The translations under genes and the position numbers were made by a program. Below, in pieces: positions 9,793 through 19,635 of a DNA stretch of 64,000 bases; within the stretch, counting starts at the first letter, position 1, and the number at the start of each line of letters is the position of its first letter. The DNA lies in NCBI GenBank assembly GCA_963735035.1, contig CAVTJJ010000003.1:320001-384000 (forward strand). The letters run 5' to 3'. The stretch comes from an uncultured candidate division Zixibacteria bacterium (GTDB taxonomy: Bacteria > Zixibacteria > MSB-5A5 > GN15 > FEB-12). The notes below the pieces were generated by a model. That model had not been told where the DNA came from. It worked only from the letters and a program-made list of their open reading frames with translations, and ran no database searches.

Positions 9793-12468
9793 CTATGACT
9801 TGGCCAACTGGCGAAGGACCATCTGAAGAATCCCGCCATGGCGATAATATTCGACTTCGATCTTGGTATCTATGCGCGCTTTCATCTGGAACTTTAGCTC
9901 GCCGTCGCCGCCGAGCGCCCGGACCGTCACCATCTGGCCCGGCTTCATGTTGTTCGAGAGGCCTTCGATCGTGAACAACTCGTCCCCTTTGAGGCCGAGC
10001 GATTCCCTCGACTCACCTTTGACGAACTCCAATGGAAGCACGCCCATGCCCACCAGATTGGAGCGGTGAATTCGTTCGTAGCTTTGCGCCAGAACCGCTC
10101 TTACTCCGAGCAGCATCGTGCCCTTGGCGGCCCAGTCACGCGACGAGCCCATGCCGTAGTCTTTACCGGCAATGATAACGAGCGGCGTTTCTTTCTCGGC
10201 GTAGTGCATGGCCGCATCGTAAATCGACATGGTTTTCCCATTCGGGAAGAATCTGGTGACGCCACCTTCGGTGCCCGGTACAAGCTGATTGCGAAGGCGG
10301 ATGTTGGCAAACGTGCCGCGCGTCATGATGCGGTCATTGCCGCGCCGCGAGCCGTACGAGTTGAAATCGGCGAACTGGACGCCGTGTTTGAGAAGATACG
10401 TTCCCGCCGGAGAATCGGCCTTGATCGAACCGGCCGGAGAGATGTGATCAGTCGTCACTGAATCGCCCAGCGACGCCAGACAGACGGCGTCGCGGATCGG
10501 CTGCACGTCGCCCGGATCCTTCTTCATCCCAACAAAGAAGGGCGGGTGCTGGATGTAAGTCGACTTGTCATCCCATGAATAGATTTCGCCAGTGGGTGAC
10601 TTGATCGCATTCCAGACCGCGTTGGCATTGAATACCGAGGCATATTCTTTAGCGAACAGCTCGCCCGTGACGTTCTTGCTGACCACATCCATGACTTCTT
10701 TTTCGCTCGGCCAGATATCTTTGAGGAAGATCGCCTCGCCTTTGTCGTTCGTCCCGAGAGGTTCAGTAGTCAGATCGATGTCTATCGTTCCGGCGAGTGC
10801 AAACGCCACGACGAGCGGCGGTGACGCCAGGTAATTAGCTTTTGTGTTCGGGCTGACACGTCCCTCGAAGTTCCGGTTACCGGAAAGCACCGCGGCCGCG
10901 ACCACATTCCCCTGATTGATCGCCTGAACGACTTCGTCCGGAAGCGGTCCGGAGTTGCCAATGCAGGTGGTACAACCGTAGCCGACGTTATTGAACCCGA
11001 GCCTCTTGAGCGGTTCGATCAGGCCGGCCTTCTCCAGATAGGCGGTGACCACTCTCGATCCGGGAGCCAGCGAGGTCTTAACGTACGGCTTGGTCTTCAA
11101 CCCGAGAGCAACCGCCTTCTTGGCCATCAAGCCCGCGGCGACCAGCACGAATGGATCGGACGTATTCGTACATGACGTAATCGCCGCGATGACTACGGCG
11201 CCGTGATGGATCTCGGCTTTGTAGCCATCGTTGATAACACCTTTGTCGTCGAGTGCTCCGGCGGCCAGTTCGTAGCCACGATCTTTGATCGGCTTGGTCA
11301 GGCTGGCTTCGAAATCGGTCTTGATCGTTGTGAGCGACACGCGATCCTGAGGCCGTTTCGGACCGGCCAGCGACGGTTCAACTTTCGAGAGGTCGAGTTC
11401 GAGGGTCGAGGCAAACTTCGGCGCCGCCGAACCTTTGTCGCGGAACAACCCCTGTTCCTTGCAGTAACGTTCGACAAGTTCCACTTCGTCGGGTGTACGT
11501 CCGGTCATCTTAAGATACGCCAATGTGCCGTTATCTACCGGGAAATAGCCCATCGTCGCGCCGTACTCGGGAGCCATGTTGGCGACCATCGCCTTGGTCG
11601 GGAGAGAAATCTCGTCCAGGGCCGGACCGAAGAATTCGACAAACTTCCCCACCACGCCGTGCTTGCGCAGCATCTGTGTGACAGTCAGCACGAGATCGGT
11701 GCCAGTAACGCCTTCGGAGAGTTTCCCGGTCAGTTTGAATCCGACCACTTCCGGCATGAGCATGTACAGCGGCTGGCCAAGCATACAGGCTTCGGCTTCA
11801 ATTCCGCCCACGCCCCAGCCGACCACGCCGAGACCGTTGATCATTACTGTGTGGCTGTCGGTGCCGACCAGAGTATCCGGGTATGCCACGCCGTCGTTGG
11901 TCCAGACTACTTTAGCGAGGTATTCCAGGTTGACCTGATGGCATATCCCGGTGGCAGGCGGGACGACCCGGAAATTGGCGAACGACTTCTGTCCCCAGTG
12001 AAGAAACTCATACCGCTCCCGATTGCGCTCAAACTCTTTTTCCATGTTGAGGCGAAGGGAATCGTCCGACCCGAACGAATCGACCTGCACTGAGTGGTCG
12101 ATGACCAGATCCACCGGCACGAGCGGGTTGATCTTCTTCGGGTCACCCTTCATGGTTTTCATCGCGGTTCGCAGGGCAGCCAGATCAACTACCGCCGGGA
12201 CGCCGGTGAAATCCTGAAGGAGTACGCGGGCCGGTTTGAAGGGGATCGTAATTTCCGATACTTTGGTCGGGTTGTAACCGGTCGCCGCGATGACATCGTC
12301 CTCGGTGATTATTTTTCCATCGACATTGCGCAGCAACGCTTCGAGAAGTATGCGTATCGAGTACGGCAACTGGTCTATGTGACCGTGTTTCGAGAGGCTG
12401 GACAGCTTATAAAAGGAATATTTACCTGCTTTGGTGCTGAGACTGGCTTTGGCATTGAACGGATCCAT
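9793..12468 (-). CDS. acnA: Aconitate hydratase AcnA
   Basis: [64 protein letters not shown]. Confidence 0.98.
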   Translation of the reverse strand: MDPFNAKASLSTKAGKYSFYKLSSLSKHGHIDQLPYSIRILLEALLRNVDGKIITEDDVIAATGYNPTKVSEITIPFKPARVLLQDFTGVPAVVDLAALRTAMKTMKGDPKKINPLVPVDLVIDHSVQVDSFGSDDSLRLNMEKEFERNRERYEFLHWGQKSFANFRVVPPATGICHQVNLEYLAKVVWTNDGVAYPDTLVGTDSHTVMINGLGVVGWGVGGIEAEACMLGQPLYMLMPEVVGFKLTGKLSEGVTGTDLVLTVTQMLRKHGVVGKFVEFFGPALDEISLPTKAMVANMAPEYGATMGYFPVDNGTLAYLKMTGRTPDEVELVERYCKEQGLFRDKGSAAPKFASTLELDLSKVEPSLAGPKRPQDRVSLTTIKTDFEASLTKPIKDRGYELAAGALDDKGVINDGYKAEIHHGAVVIAAITSCTNTSDPFVLVAAGLMAKKAVALGLKTKPYVKTSLAPGSRVVTAYLEKAGLIEPLKRLGFNNVGYGCTTCIGNSGPLPDEVVQAINQGNVVAAAVLSGNRNFEGRVSPNTKANYLASPPLVVAFALAGTIDIDLTTEPLGTNDKGEAIFLKDIWPSEKEVMDVVSKNVTGELFAKEYASVFNANAVWNAIKSPTGEIYSWDDKSTYIQHPPFFVGMKKDPGDVQPIRDAVCLASLGDSVTTDHISPAGSIKADSPAGTYLLKHGVQFADFNSYGSRRGNDRIMTRGTFANIRLRNQLVPGTEGGVTRFFPNGKTMSIYDAAMHYAEKETPLVIIAGKDYGMGSSRDWAAKGTMLLGVRAVLAQSYERIHRSNLVGMGVLPLEFVKGESRESLGLKGDELFTIEGLSNNMKPGQMVTVRALGGDGELKFQMKARIDTKIEVEYYRHGGILQMVLRQLAKS

Positions 12469-12516
12469 GTATGACTCCTGCGTAAAAGACTAAACCAAAT
12501 TTATAACCCAGCGTTA

Positions 12517-12545
12517 ATTATAGGCCGCTATTTGGGGGATTTCAA
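12517..12545 (-). promoter_or_regulatory. Sigma70-type promoter of acnA
   Basis: TTGAAA-N17-TATAAT on the minus strand ~50 nt upstream of the ATG. Confidence 0.65.
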
Positions 12546-12612
12546 GGTTTGCGGACAGATTTTTGATCTAGGCCCTTGACTGGAGGCAAATCGTAGCGTT
12601 TCTCTGGTAGTT

Positions 12613-13506
12613 ATGTTCGTGAAACGTTTGTCAGCAAACGAGTTGGTGATCGGAACACCGGCCAAGGTGAATCTGGACCTCCACGTATTGGGGCGCCGCC
12701 CGGACGGCTACCACGATATCGACTCGCTCTTCCAGGCGGTTTCTCTCTTCGACCGACTCCGATTCTACCGCGAACCTGACACAAACGGAGTGACGTTAAC
12801 TGTCACTAACCGTTCTGACCTGCCGACTGACGACTCCAACCTGGTCTCGAAAGCCTTCCACCTGATGAAGAGCCGCTTTGGTCTCGAGGGCGGGCTGGAA
12901 GTCGAGCTCGAAAAGAATATCCCCATCGCCGCCGGTCTGGGGGGTGGGTCGGCCGACGGCGCCGCCACGATTTTGGCTTGTCGGGACCTGTTCGACCTGC
13001 CTCTGAAAGCGGCTGAAATGGCCGAATTGTCGGCTGAAATCGGGTCGGACCTGCCGTTTTTCTTCTCCTCCGGGCAGGCCCATGTGACCGGTCGGGGTGA
13101 AATTATCGAAGATATCGAATTGCCTATTGACTACTGGATGGTTCTGGTGACGCCGCCGATCGCGGTTTCGACCGCTGAAGCTTATGCCGCTCTTAGATTG
13201 CCCTTGACAAGAAGTGCCTCCCCCCGTACTTTTCGGGGCTGGAAAGTGCCCGGGGACTTCCTTAACTGGTTGTCCAACAGTGGCAACGATTTCGAACGGG
13301 TCCAGACAACCGCTTTCGAGCAATTGCAGAAAGCGAGAAACGACCTGATGGACAACGGGGCGTTGTTGGTCCGAATGAGTGGCTCCGGTCCAACGGTCTT
13401 TGGAATATATGGCAACGCGCCTGACATTGCAGGCGACAGGGTACTTGGCAGAAGCGACTGGACGACAGTGGTCGTAAGACCGATCCGGTTGCCTGCGCCA
13501 CTTTAG
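12613..13506 (+). CDS. ispE: 4-diphosphocytidyl-2-C-methyl-D-erythritol kinase
   Basis: PAKVNL...GRRPDGYH, KNIPIAAGLGGGSADGA, GSDLPFF, NDFE, MSGSGPTVF. Confidence 0.97.
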   Translation: MFVKRLSANELVIGTPAKVNLDLHVLGRRPDGYHDIDSLFQAVSLFDRLRFYREPDTNGVTLTVTNRSDLPTDDSNLVSKAFHLMKSRFGLEGGLEVELEKNIPIAAGLGGGSADGAATILACRDLFDLPLKAAEMAELSAEIGSDLPFFFSSGQAHVTGRGEIIEDIELPIDYWMVLVTPPIAVSTAEAYAALRLPLTRSASPRTFRGWKVPGDFLNWLSNSGNDFERVQTTAFEQLQKARNDLMDNGALLVRMSGSGPTVFGIYGNAPDIAGDRVLGRSDWTTVVVRPIRLPAPL

Positions 13507-13523
13507 ACGACAGGGGCAACAGC

Positions 13524-13793
13524 GTGGAGATCACTGAGATCAGAGTGACCCTCCGGGATGAGGAGAAGCTCAGAGGATTCGCCAACGTGACCTTCGATAA
13601 TTGCTTCGTGATACGAGGCATGAAAATTATCCAGGGCACGACCGGGTACTTTGTATCGATGCCGAGCCGAAAGAGGCCGGACGGTACCCATCAGGACATC
13701 GCACACCCGGTAAATCGGGACATGCGAACGATGATTGAAAAGGCGGTGCTGGAAGCTTACGAAAAGGAGCTCCGCGAGCAAAGCACGGAGTAG
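13524..13793 (+). CDS. spoVG: SpoVG family nucleic-acid-binding protein
   Basis: MEITEIRV...KLRGFANVTFDNCFVI...FVSMPSRK...DIAHPVN; usual ispE-spoVG-prs order. Confidence 0.95.
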   Translation: MEITEIRVTLRDEEKLRGFANVTFDNCFVIRGMKIIQGTTGYFVSMPSRKRPDGTHQDIAHPVNRDMRTMIEKAVLEAYEKELREQSTE

Positions 13794-13819
13794 TCCCGGA
13801 CAGGACGGACCCGATTTAC

Positions 13820-13894
13820 TGGGGCGTCGTCAAGTGGTAAGACACCAGCCTTTGGAGCTGGCATTCCCAGGTTCGAATCCTGGCGCCCCAGCCA
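13820..13894 (+). tRNA. tRNA-Gln (UUG)
   Basis: Cloverleaf: acceptor TGGGGCG/CGCCCCA, anticodon arm CCAGC-CTTTGGA-GCTGG, GTTCGAATC T-loop, encoded CCA. Confidence 0.97.
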
Positions 13895-13981
13895 TATGCG
13901 ACTTTTACGACAAGGCCTGCTTTGCGATCGGCCACGACGGTCGCAAAACAGGTTTTGTTTCGAATAGCCCAGGCTTGCGAA

Positions 13982-14941
13982 ATGATAGTACGAAACGACA
14001 TCAAACTGGTGACCGGCACCTCCAATCCCGGATTGGCGCAGAAGATCGCCGCCTATCTGGAACTGCAGTTGGCCAACTGCTCGGTAACCCGGTTCAGCGA
14101 CGGCGAAGTTTTCGTCCAGATCAACGAGAATATCCGGGGCGCCGATCTGTTTATCATCCAGTCGACCAACCCGCCGGCCGAGAACCTGATGGAGCTGCTG
14201 ATGCTTATCGACGCTTCACGGCGGGCCTCGGCCATGCGCATCACCGCGGTGATTCCGTACTACGGCTACTCACGTCAGGAACGCAAAGACCGGCCGCGTG
14301 TTCCGATCACGGCCAAGCTGGCCGCCAACTTGATTACGACCGCCGGGGCTGATCGCATCCTGACTTTCGATCTCCATGCCAGTCCGATCCAGGGCTTTTT
14401 CGATCTGCCCCACGATCACTTGTATTCATCAAAGCTGTTTATCCCCTATCTGGCCGACTGGCACCTGAAAAATCTGGTGGTCGTTTCGCCGGATGTCGGG
14501 TCATTGAAGATGGCCCGCAGCACGGCTGAACAACTCCAGGCCGACCTGGCCATCGTTGACAAGCGCCGTCCGAGCCCCAATCAGTCGAAGGTGATGAACC
14601 TGATCGGCGAAGTTCAGGGGAAGAATATCATCATCCGCGACGACATGGTGGACACCGGCGGTTCGCTCTGTCAGGCCGCCGACTATCTGAAAGAGCGCGG
14701 CGCGCTCGAAATCTACGGCGCCTGTACCCACGGCGTGCTGAGCGGAAATGCGATTCAACGAATTGAAGAATCGCCCATTCGCAAGATGGTCGTCACCGAC
14801 TCGATCGACCAGTCTCACAAGCCGTTGACCGCAAAATTTGAAATTATATCCTGCTCGCACTTGATCGGGGAAACGATCCGACGGATTGCCGATGAAGAAT
14901 CGGTGTCCGTCATGTTCGACGAACCGAGCCTGCCGCTATAG
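13982..14941 (+). CDS. prs: Ribose-phosphate pyrophosphokinase
   Basis: FSDGE, IPYYGYSRQERK, DLHA, VSPDVG, DDMVDTGGS. Confidence 0.97.
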   Translation: MIVRNDIKLVTGTSNPGLAQKIAAYLELQLANCSVTRFSDGEVFVQINENIRGADLFIIQSTNPPAENLMELLMLIDASRRASAMRITAVIPYYGYSRQERKDRPRVPITAKLAANLITTAGADRILTFDLHASPIQGFFDLPHDHLYSSKLFIPYLADWHLKNLVVVSPDVGSLKMARSTAEQLQADLAIVDKRRPSPNQSKVMNLIGEVQGKNIIIRDDMVDTGGSLCQAADYLKERGALEIYGACTHGVLSGNAIQRIEESPIRKMVVTDSIDQSHKPLTAKFEIISCSHLIGETIRRIADEESVSVMFDEPSLPL

Positions 14942-14977
14942 CGAAAATAAGAACGTCTATTTGGAGATAAAGAGAAA

Positions 14978-15718
14978 ATGAGAGAGATTCCAGTAACCCT
15001 TCAACACCGCCCCGGCACCGGCAAAGGCGTCGCGCGCCAGGCCCGTGCCGCCGGCCTGATACCGGGAGTCGTCTACGGTCCGGAGTTCACGCCGGTTTCG
15101 GTGACGGTTGAAGAGCGGGCCTTCCGCGCAGCCATGCGTCACGCCACCAAAAGCTCGATTCTGAATTTGAACCTCGATGGCAAAGAGACCAAAGCGGTCG
15201 TCCGCGAACTTCAGCGCGACCCGGTTTCCAACCGCGTCTTGCATGTCGATTTCCACGCCATCTCGATGACCAAGCCGATTCACGTCGCGATCCCGATTCA
15301 CTTCGTAGGCACTCCGATCGGCGTTAAGGTTGACGGCGGTATCATGCAGACGACCATGCGCGAAATAGAAATTTCGTGTTTGCCGACTGCCATTCCCGAA
15401 CACCTGCAGATCGACGTGTCCGAGTTGCACATTGGTGACTCGATTCACGTAAAGAATATCTCGGTGCCGGGAGCCACGATTATGGTCGATCAACAGCGCA
15501 CGATCGTAGTGATTTCCGCTCCGACCATCATCAAGGCCGAGGAAGTCACAGCTGAGGCTGCTGCCGCCGCTGAAGGCGAAGCCGCCGAAGGCGCTACTGC
15601 CGAAGGCGCTGCTGCTGCTCCGGCCGAAGGTGAAGCCGGCAAGGGTGATGCCAAGGCGGCCAAGGGCGATGCCAAATCTGCCAAAGGCGATGCCAAGTCG
15701 GATAAAGACAAGAAGTAA
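14978..15718 (+). CDS. rplY: 50S ribosomal protein L25 / Ctc (long form)
   Basis: GKGVARQAR...IPGVVYG, LQRDPVS..VLHVDF, C-terminal beta domain, Ala/Glu and KGDAK tail. Confidence 0.96.
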   Translation: MREIPVTLQHRPGTGKGVARQARAAGLIPGVVYGPEFTPVSVTVEERAFRAAMRHATKSSILNLNLDGKETKAVVRELQRDPVSNRVLHVDFHAISMTKPIHVAIPIHFVGTPIGVKVDGGIMQTTMREIEISCLPTAIPEHLQIDVSELHIGDSIHVKNISVPGATIMVDQQRTIVVISAPTIIKAEEVTAEAAAAAEGEAAEGATAEGAAAAPAEGEAGKGDAKAAKGDAKSAKGDAKSDKDKK

Positions 15719-15746
15719 CCAACAGACTCGACTTAGTCTGGATTTC

Positions 15747-15776
15747 AAAAGGCCGTCCACAAGGACGGCCTTTTTT
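15747..15776 (+). terminator. Rho-independent terminator after rplY
   Basis: AAAAGGCCGTCC-ACAA-GGACGGCCTTTTTT. Confidence 0.85.
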
Positions 15777-15828
15777 GTCTCCTCGTCACACACTTCACAA
15801 AAAAAATACACAAAAGAATTCGCCTCCC

Positions 15829-15858
15829 CATTATCGAGTAATTACTCCACGCCGATAA
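15829..15858 (+). promoter_or_regulatory. Putative sigma28 (FliA)-type promoter of MCP1
   Basis: TCGAG-N12-GCCGATAA, with a consensus FliA -10 element. Conserved at 19221-19250. Confidence 0.6.
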
Positions 15859-15869
15859 GTAATCGTGGA

Positions 15870-16249
15870 AGTCGTCAGGACTGAAGCAGAGTAAGATCTA
15901 TCAGTCCGCGAACAACATTGACCACAGCCCGCCGAGTACTTGGCTGCCGAACCCGTGACCGGGGGACCTCTCGGACGGCATTCACACTACTCAACAACTC
16001 AATCCTCAGGGCTTCAGACTCAAACAACCTCTATCGGCTCAAGGACCGATCTATGTCAGAGCCGGATTTGGCTTGAGGTCGAGAAACGATAGAGAATAAC
16101 CGACGAGTTTTCCGCCTCCCTCGGAATCGAGCGGTGAACCTTGCCCAAGACGCATGGCGCAACGCGTAGATCGAGCCGGAGTGCGAAGGTCAGGACTCGA
16201 GGCCCGAGTCCTATCGGAAGGTAGGAGAGATAACTTGGAGAAACAGACT
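15870..16249 (+). ncRNA. Candidate structured 5' leader of MCP1 (unassigned RNA motif)
   Basis: Gapless alignment to the MCP2 leader at offset 3392 over ~170 nt; conserved stems with a compensatory change. Confidence 0.45.
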
Positions 16250-18376
16250 ATGAAGATCAGAATGACACTGGGGCGCAAGATCATGCTGCTCGTCTTCTGC
16301 GTGCTATCGCTTTCGATTGCCGGCATCGCTGCGATAAGCATTTCTCAGTCCGGCACCCACATGACCAACCTGGCTAAAAACGATCTGGCTCATCTGGCGA
16401 CCATGGCCAACAGCATCTGCGCCATGAACGCCGAACAAACGAGGATGCGAGTAAAGTCCGACATGGCCGCTGCGAAAGCAGTGTTCGAAATGTCCAGTGG
16501 CAACAAAGTGGAAATCGAACAGGGTCAAATGGTTATCGGCGAAGGGAGCAAACAGTGGGTTGTCAACAATAGCACCGATTTCGTCGACCGGGTCACGGCC
16601 CAGACCGGCGCACGATGTACCATCTTTCAGAAGGATGGTGCCACCGCCCGACGCATCAGCACGTCAGTTGTCAACAAGGATGGGAACCGAGCGATCGGCA
16701 CTGAGATTTCCGCGGAAGTATACAAAGAGGTGTTCGATAACCGTCGACCGTATCAAGGTCGGGCCTGGGTAGTGAACGCGTGGTTTGTGACGGTCTATGA
16801 ACCGATTATGGACACCAACGGCGACATAGTGGGCGCCCTCTTCTGCGGCGTCCCGGAACAATCCAAGCTGCTCAGCGAGACGTTACTCGCGCAGAAGGTC
16901 GGCACTACCGGCTACATGTACGCCGTCAACTCTCAGGGAATCGCCCAAGTACACCCGACCAAGACCGGCGCCGGTCTGATGCAGTACGATTTCATCAAAG
17001 AAATGTGCACCAAAGGTCCGAATCTAAAGGGCGGCGAAATCGGCTGGATTGTCTATCCCTGGATAAACAAGGAGCTCGGTGAAACCACGGCGCGAGACAA
17101 GATCGTAGCCTACACCTACTTCAAGGATTGGGACTGGATCGTAGCCACCGAAAGCTACTTGGACGAGTTCACCGCGCCGGTAGCCCAAGTACGTGACGCC
17201 ATCTTAATCTTCGGTTTCATCTCCTTGCTAATCTCCCTATCCCTTGGGTTGTGGATGTCCCGCGGCATCACCCGTCCCGTGCATCGTCTCTTGAGTGTCG
17301 CCACCTCGGTGGCACAGGGCGACGTCTCCCGATCGGTGGAGGTACACTCGACCGACGAAATCGGTGAACTGGGACATTCATTCAATCAGATGGTGGTCTA
17401 TCTTCAGGAAGCCGCCACGGCAGCGGATCAAATCGCCAACAACAACCTCACCGTTCAAATCGCCCCCCGGTCGGACCAGGACACTCTGGGGCATTCGTTC
17501 CGCAAGATGACTGTGAATTTGACCAAAGTCGTCCGCGGACTGGGTGACAACGCGCATGGACTGCTCAGTGCGGCCAATGAAATCGCGGCTACTTCAGAGC
17601 AACTGTCGCACGGCGCGGCCGATCAGTCGACCCAGGTTGATCAGGTAGCGACCGCTATCGAAGAAATGAGTGCATCGATCGTACAAGCATCGAAGAACGC
17701 CGACTCGGCCACGGATACCTCACGCCACGCCGCTGATAATGCTTCCCGCGGTGGTGAAATCGTGTCGCAGACCATCCAGGGTATGCAGCGGATCACCGAT
17801 CAGGTAAGGATTTCGGCGGAATCAATAAGCGCTCTGGCAACTTCCGCCGACCGGATCGGCGAAATCATCAACGTTATTGACGACATCGCCGACCAGACCA
17901 ATCTTCTGGCTCTCAACGCCGCTATCGAAGCCGCCAGGGCCGGTGAACAGGGACGAGGATTTGCGGTGGTGGCCGACGAAGTCCGCAAGCTGGCGGAGCG
18001 AACCGGCAAAGCGACCGGCGAGATATCCGACATGATCAAAAGCGTCCAACGGCAAACGGCCGATGCGGTCAAAGCGATGGAAGAAGGAATCAAGCAAGTC
18101 GAGGGCGGACAAGAGCTCGCCGACCGGGCGGGTCAGTCACTGGGCGAAATCGTCTCCATGTCACAGCAAGTCATGCACATGGTAACAGAAATCGCCAGCG
18201 GTTCCAGCCAGCAGTCGGTTGCCGCTGCGAAGATTTCCACTAACGTTCAGCGAATCGCGACGGTAGTCAAAGAATCGGTGAAAGGCGCCGAGCAAGCCGC
18301 GGCGGCGGCCGAAGAATTGAACCGTCAGGCAGAATCCCTGAACAAGACGGTCGAGATTTTCAAATTTCAGAAATAG
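16250..18376 (+). CDS. Methyl-accepting chemotaxis protein with Cache sensor and HAMP domains
   Basis: TM-Cache-TM-HAMP layout, [38 protein letters not shown] hairpin; ATG 16250 after GGAG. Confidence 0.96.
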   Translation: MKIRMTLGRKIMLLVFCVLSLSIAGIAAISISQSGTHMTNLAKNDLAHLATMANSICAMNAEQTRMRVKSDMAAAKAVFEMSSGNKVEIEQGQMVIGEGSKQWVVNNSTDFVDRVTAQTGARCTIFQKDGATARRISTSVVNKDGNRAIGTEISAEVYKEVFDNRRPYQGRAWVVNAWFVTVYEPIMDTNGDIVGALFCGVPEQSKLLSETLLAQKVGTTGYMYAVNSQGIAQVHPTKTGAGLMQYDFIKEMCTKGPNLKGGEIGWIVYPWINKELGETTARDKIVAYTYFKDWDWIVATESYLDEFTAPVAQVRDAILIFGFISLLISLSLGLWMSRGITRPVHRLLSVATSVAQGDVSRSVEVHSTDEIGELGHSFNQMVVYLQEAATAADQIANNNLTVQIAPRSDQDTLGHSFRKMTVNLTKVVRGLGDNAHGLLSAANEIAATSEQLSHGAADQSTQVDQVATAIEEMSASIVQASKNADSATDTSRHAADNASRGGEIVSQTIQGMQRITDQVRISAESISALATSADRIGEIINVIDDIADQTNLLALNAAIEAARAGEQGRGFAVVADEVRKLAERTGKATGEISDMIKSVQRQTADAVKAMEEGIKQVEGGQELADRAGQSLGEIVSMSQQVMHMVTEIASGSSQQSVAAAKISTNVQRIATVVKESVKGAEQAAAAAEELNRQAESLNKTVEIFKFQK

Positions 18377-18402
18377 ACCTCCCCGTCTGTTAGAAGACTG
18401 CT

Positions 18403-18430
18403 TGAAGGCCGCCCAATCGGGCGGCCTTCT
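18403..18430 (+). terminator. Terminator hairpin after MCP1
   Basis: GAAGGCCGCCC-AATC-GGGCGGCCTTC followed by a T-rich tract. Confidence 0.75.
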
Positions 18431-18682
18431 TCGTTTCTGTTGAAAATTAATCAGCAAACTAGTCATGGCGATTTGTCACACCAATGTCACGGTCACACAG
18501 CTCGACACCTATGAACCGTGTTGAGAAAAGAATCCGTACAAATAAGTCCGGAAAAATTATGCGAAAATTGAATCCTATATTAGACGAAACTTGTCTGGTA
18601 TGCGTAAAAGCGATGGAAGATGTCGGAACAGCTGTTTGGACAAAGTAATTGTCAAACGTTCTTACCTCGCATGGAGGCCACA

Positions 18683-18976
18683 ATGTCTATCAAGCGTACT
18701 ACGACGATGTCTCCGGGCATGGAAAGCACCCAGCAAACGCGCAAGTTTGTGACGGAGCCTTTCAACGAGATAAACGAACCGGGTGTCTACTACAACCATG
18801 ACACGGGTTGGCTTTATCGCGTACCCGGCGAAATCCTCGCCCTCGGTCACAGTCCTCTGTTGAACATAGTTAGTGTCAACGAGACTTTCGTGACCAGAAT
18901 CTCAGATGATCCCTGGTTGCCGGTGAACAAAGCCCGGCAAATCTGCGCCAATATGGATCTGGCGGTGAATTTCTGA
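18683..18976 (+). CDS. Hypothetical protein (97 aa)
   Basis: GGAGG RBS; globular-looking sequence (FNEINEPGVYYNHDTGWLYRVP...HSPLLNIVS...ISDDPWLPVNKARQIC). Confidence 0.8.
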   Translation: MSIKRTTTMSPGMESTQQTRKFVTEPFNEINEPGVYYNHDTGWLYRVPGEILALGHSPLLNIVSVNETFVTRISDDPWLPVNKARQICANMDLAVNF

Positions 18977-19220
18977 AGCTGTCCCACTTAGAAACAGGGG
19001 CCCGTTGTTACGGGCACACTAGAACACCCGGTGCCCGGCGGATATGGACATCAGCCGAGGCACCCGGGTATATTTATCCGACGACTAATCGTTCGCCGGA
19101 AATGTAGCGATCTGCTATTTCATACTGAAACGAACTTGAAAGGCGACCCGTAAGGGTGGCTTTCTGCTGTTCGTGCTTGAACCATTTTCCGCCAAATCAG
19201 ATAAAATTGGACGATAAAGT

Positions 19221-19250
19221 CATTATTGAGCATCTACTCCATGCCGATAT
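19221..19250 (+). promoter_or_regulatory. Putative sigma28 (FliA)-type promoter of MCP2
   Basis: TTGAG-N12-GCCGATAT, homologous to 15829-15858. Confidence 0.6.
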
Positions 19251-19261
19251 ATTTCGATACG

Positions 19262-19635
19262 AGCCGTCGGGACTGAGTCATCATTGGACGTATTAGTCCC
19301 CGGCCGGCATTAGCCTTGGCCCGAAGAGTACGTGGTTGCTGAACCGGTGATCGGGGGAGCTCCCGATCGGCACTCACCATACTCGACCAATCGAACTGCA
19401 TGGCTCAGGGCCCAAGCGAATCACAAATATCAATGATCGGACCGACGTCTGAGCCGGAGTTGCCGGACGTTGTCATGCAACAGGCGCGACCCGTAGATGG
19501 TTCGATTCGCGCGCGCGGAAATGACCGCGGCGTGAAAGCGTATCGGTTTGCGCCTGACGAAACTGAAGCACTAGGACAGGAATGGAATGTCCGGCCCCGA
19601 AGGCCGGCGGTGAAGAAACCCGGGAGACACAAACC
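19262..19635 (+). ncRNA. Candidate structured 5' leader of MCP2 (same motif as MCP1)
   Basis: Stems GGGACTGA/TTAGTCCC, GAGTA/TACTC, TCGGGG/TCCCGA and GGCTCAG/CTGAGCC. Confidence 0.45.

Noticed and set aside
8701..9798. 365-aa plus-strand ORF, and similar ORFs at 118, 745, 11203, 27273, 39635, 45458 and 61870
   Set aside because: Antisense shadows of well-supported genes in GC-rich DNA.
13524..13793. spoVG as evidence of sporulation
   Set aside because: SpoVG is common in non-sporulating diderms in this same gene context.
15641..15700. 21-nt repeats encoding KGDAK in rplY
   Set aside because: Ordinary low-complexity tail of long-form L25.
19300..19400. Leader peptide or selenoprotein (G-C-TGA) in the MCP leaders
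   Set aside because: Some changes look synonymous, but the frames I examined have no shared start codon with an RBS, contain stops, and the paralog has CGA at the TGA.
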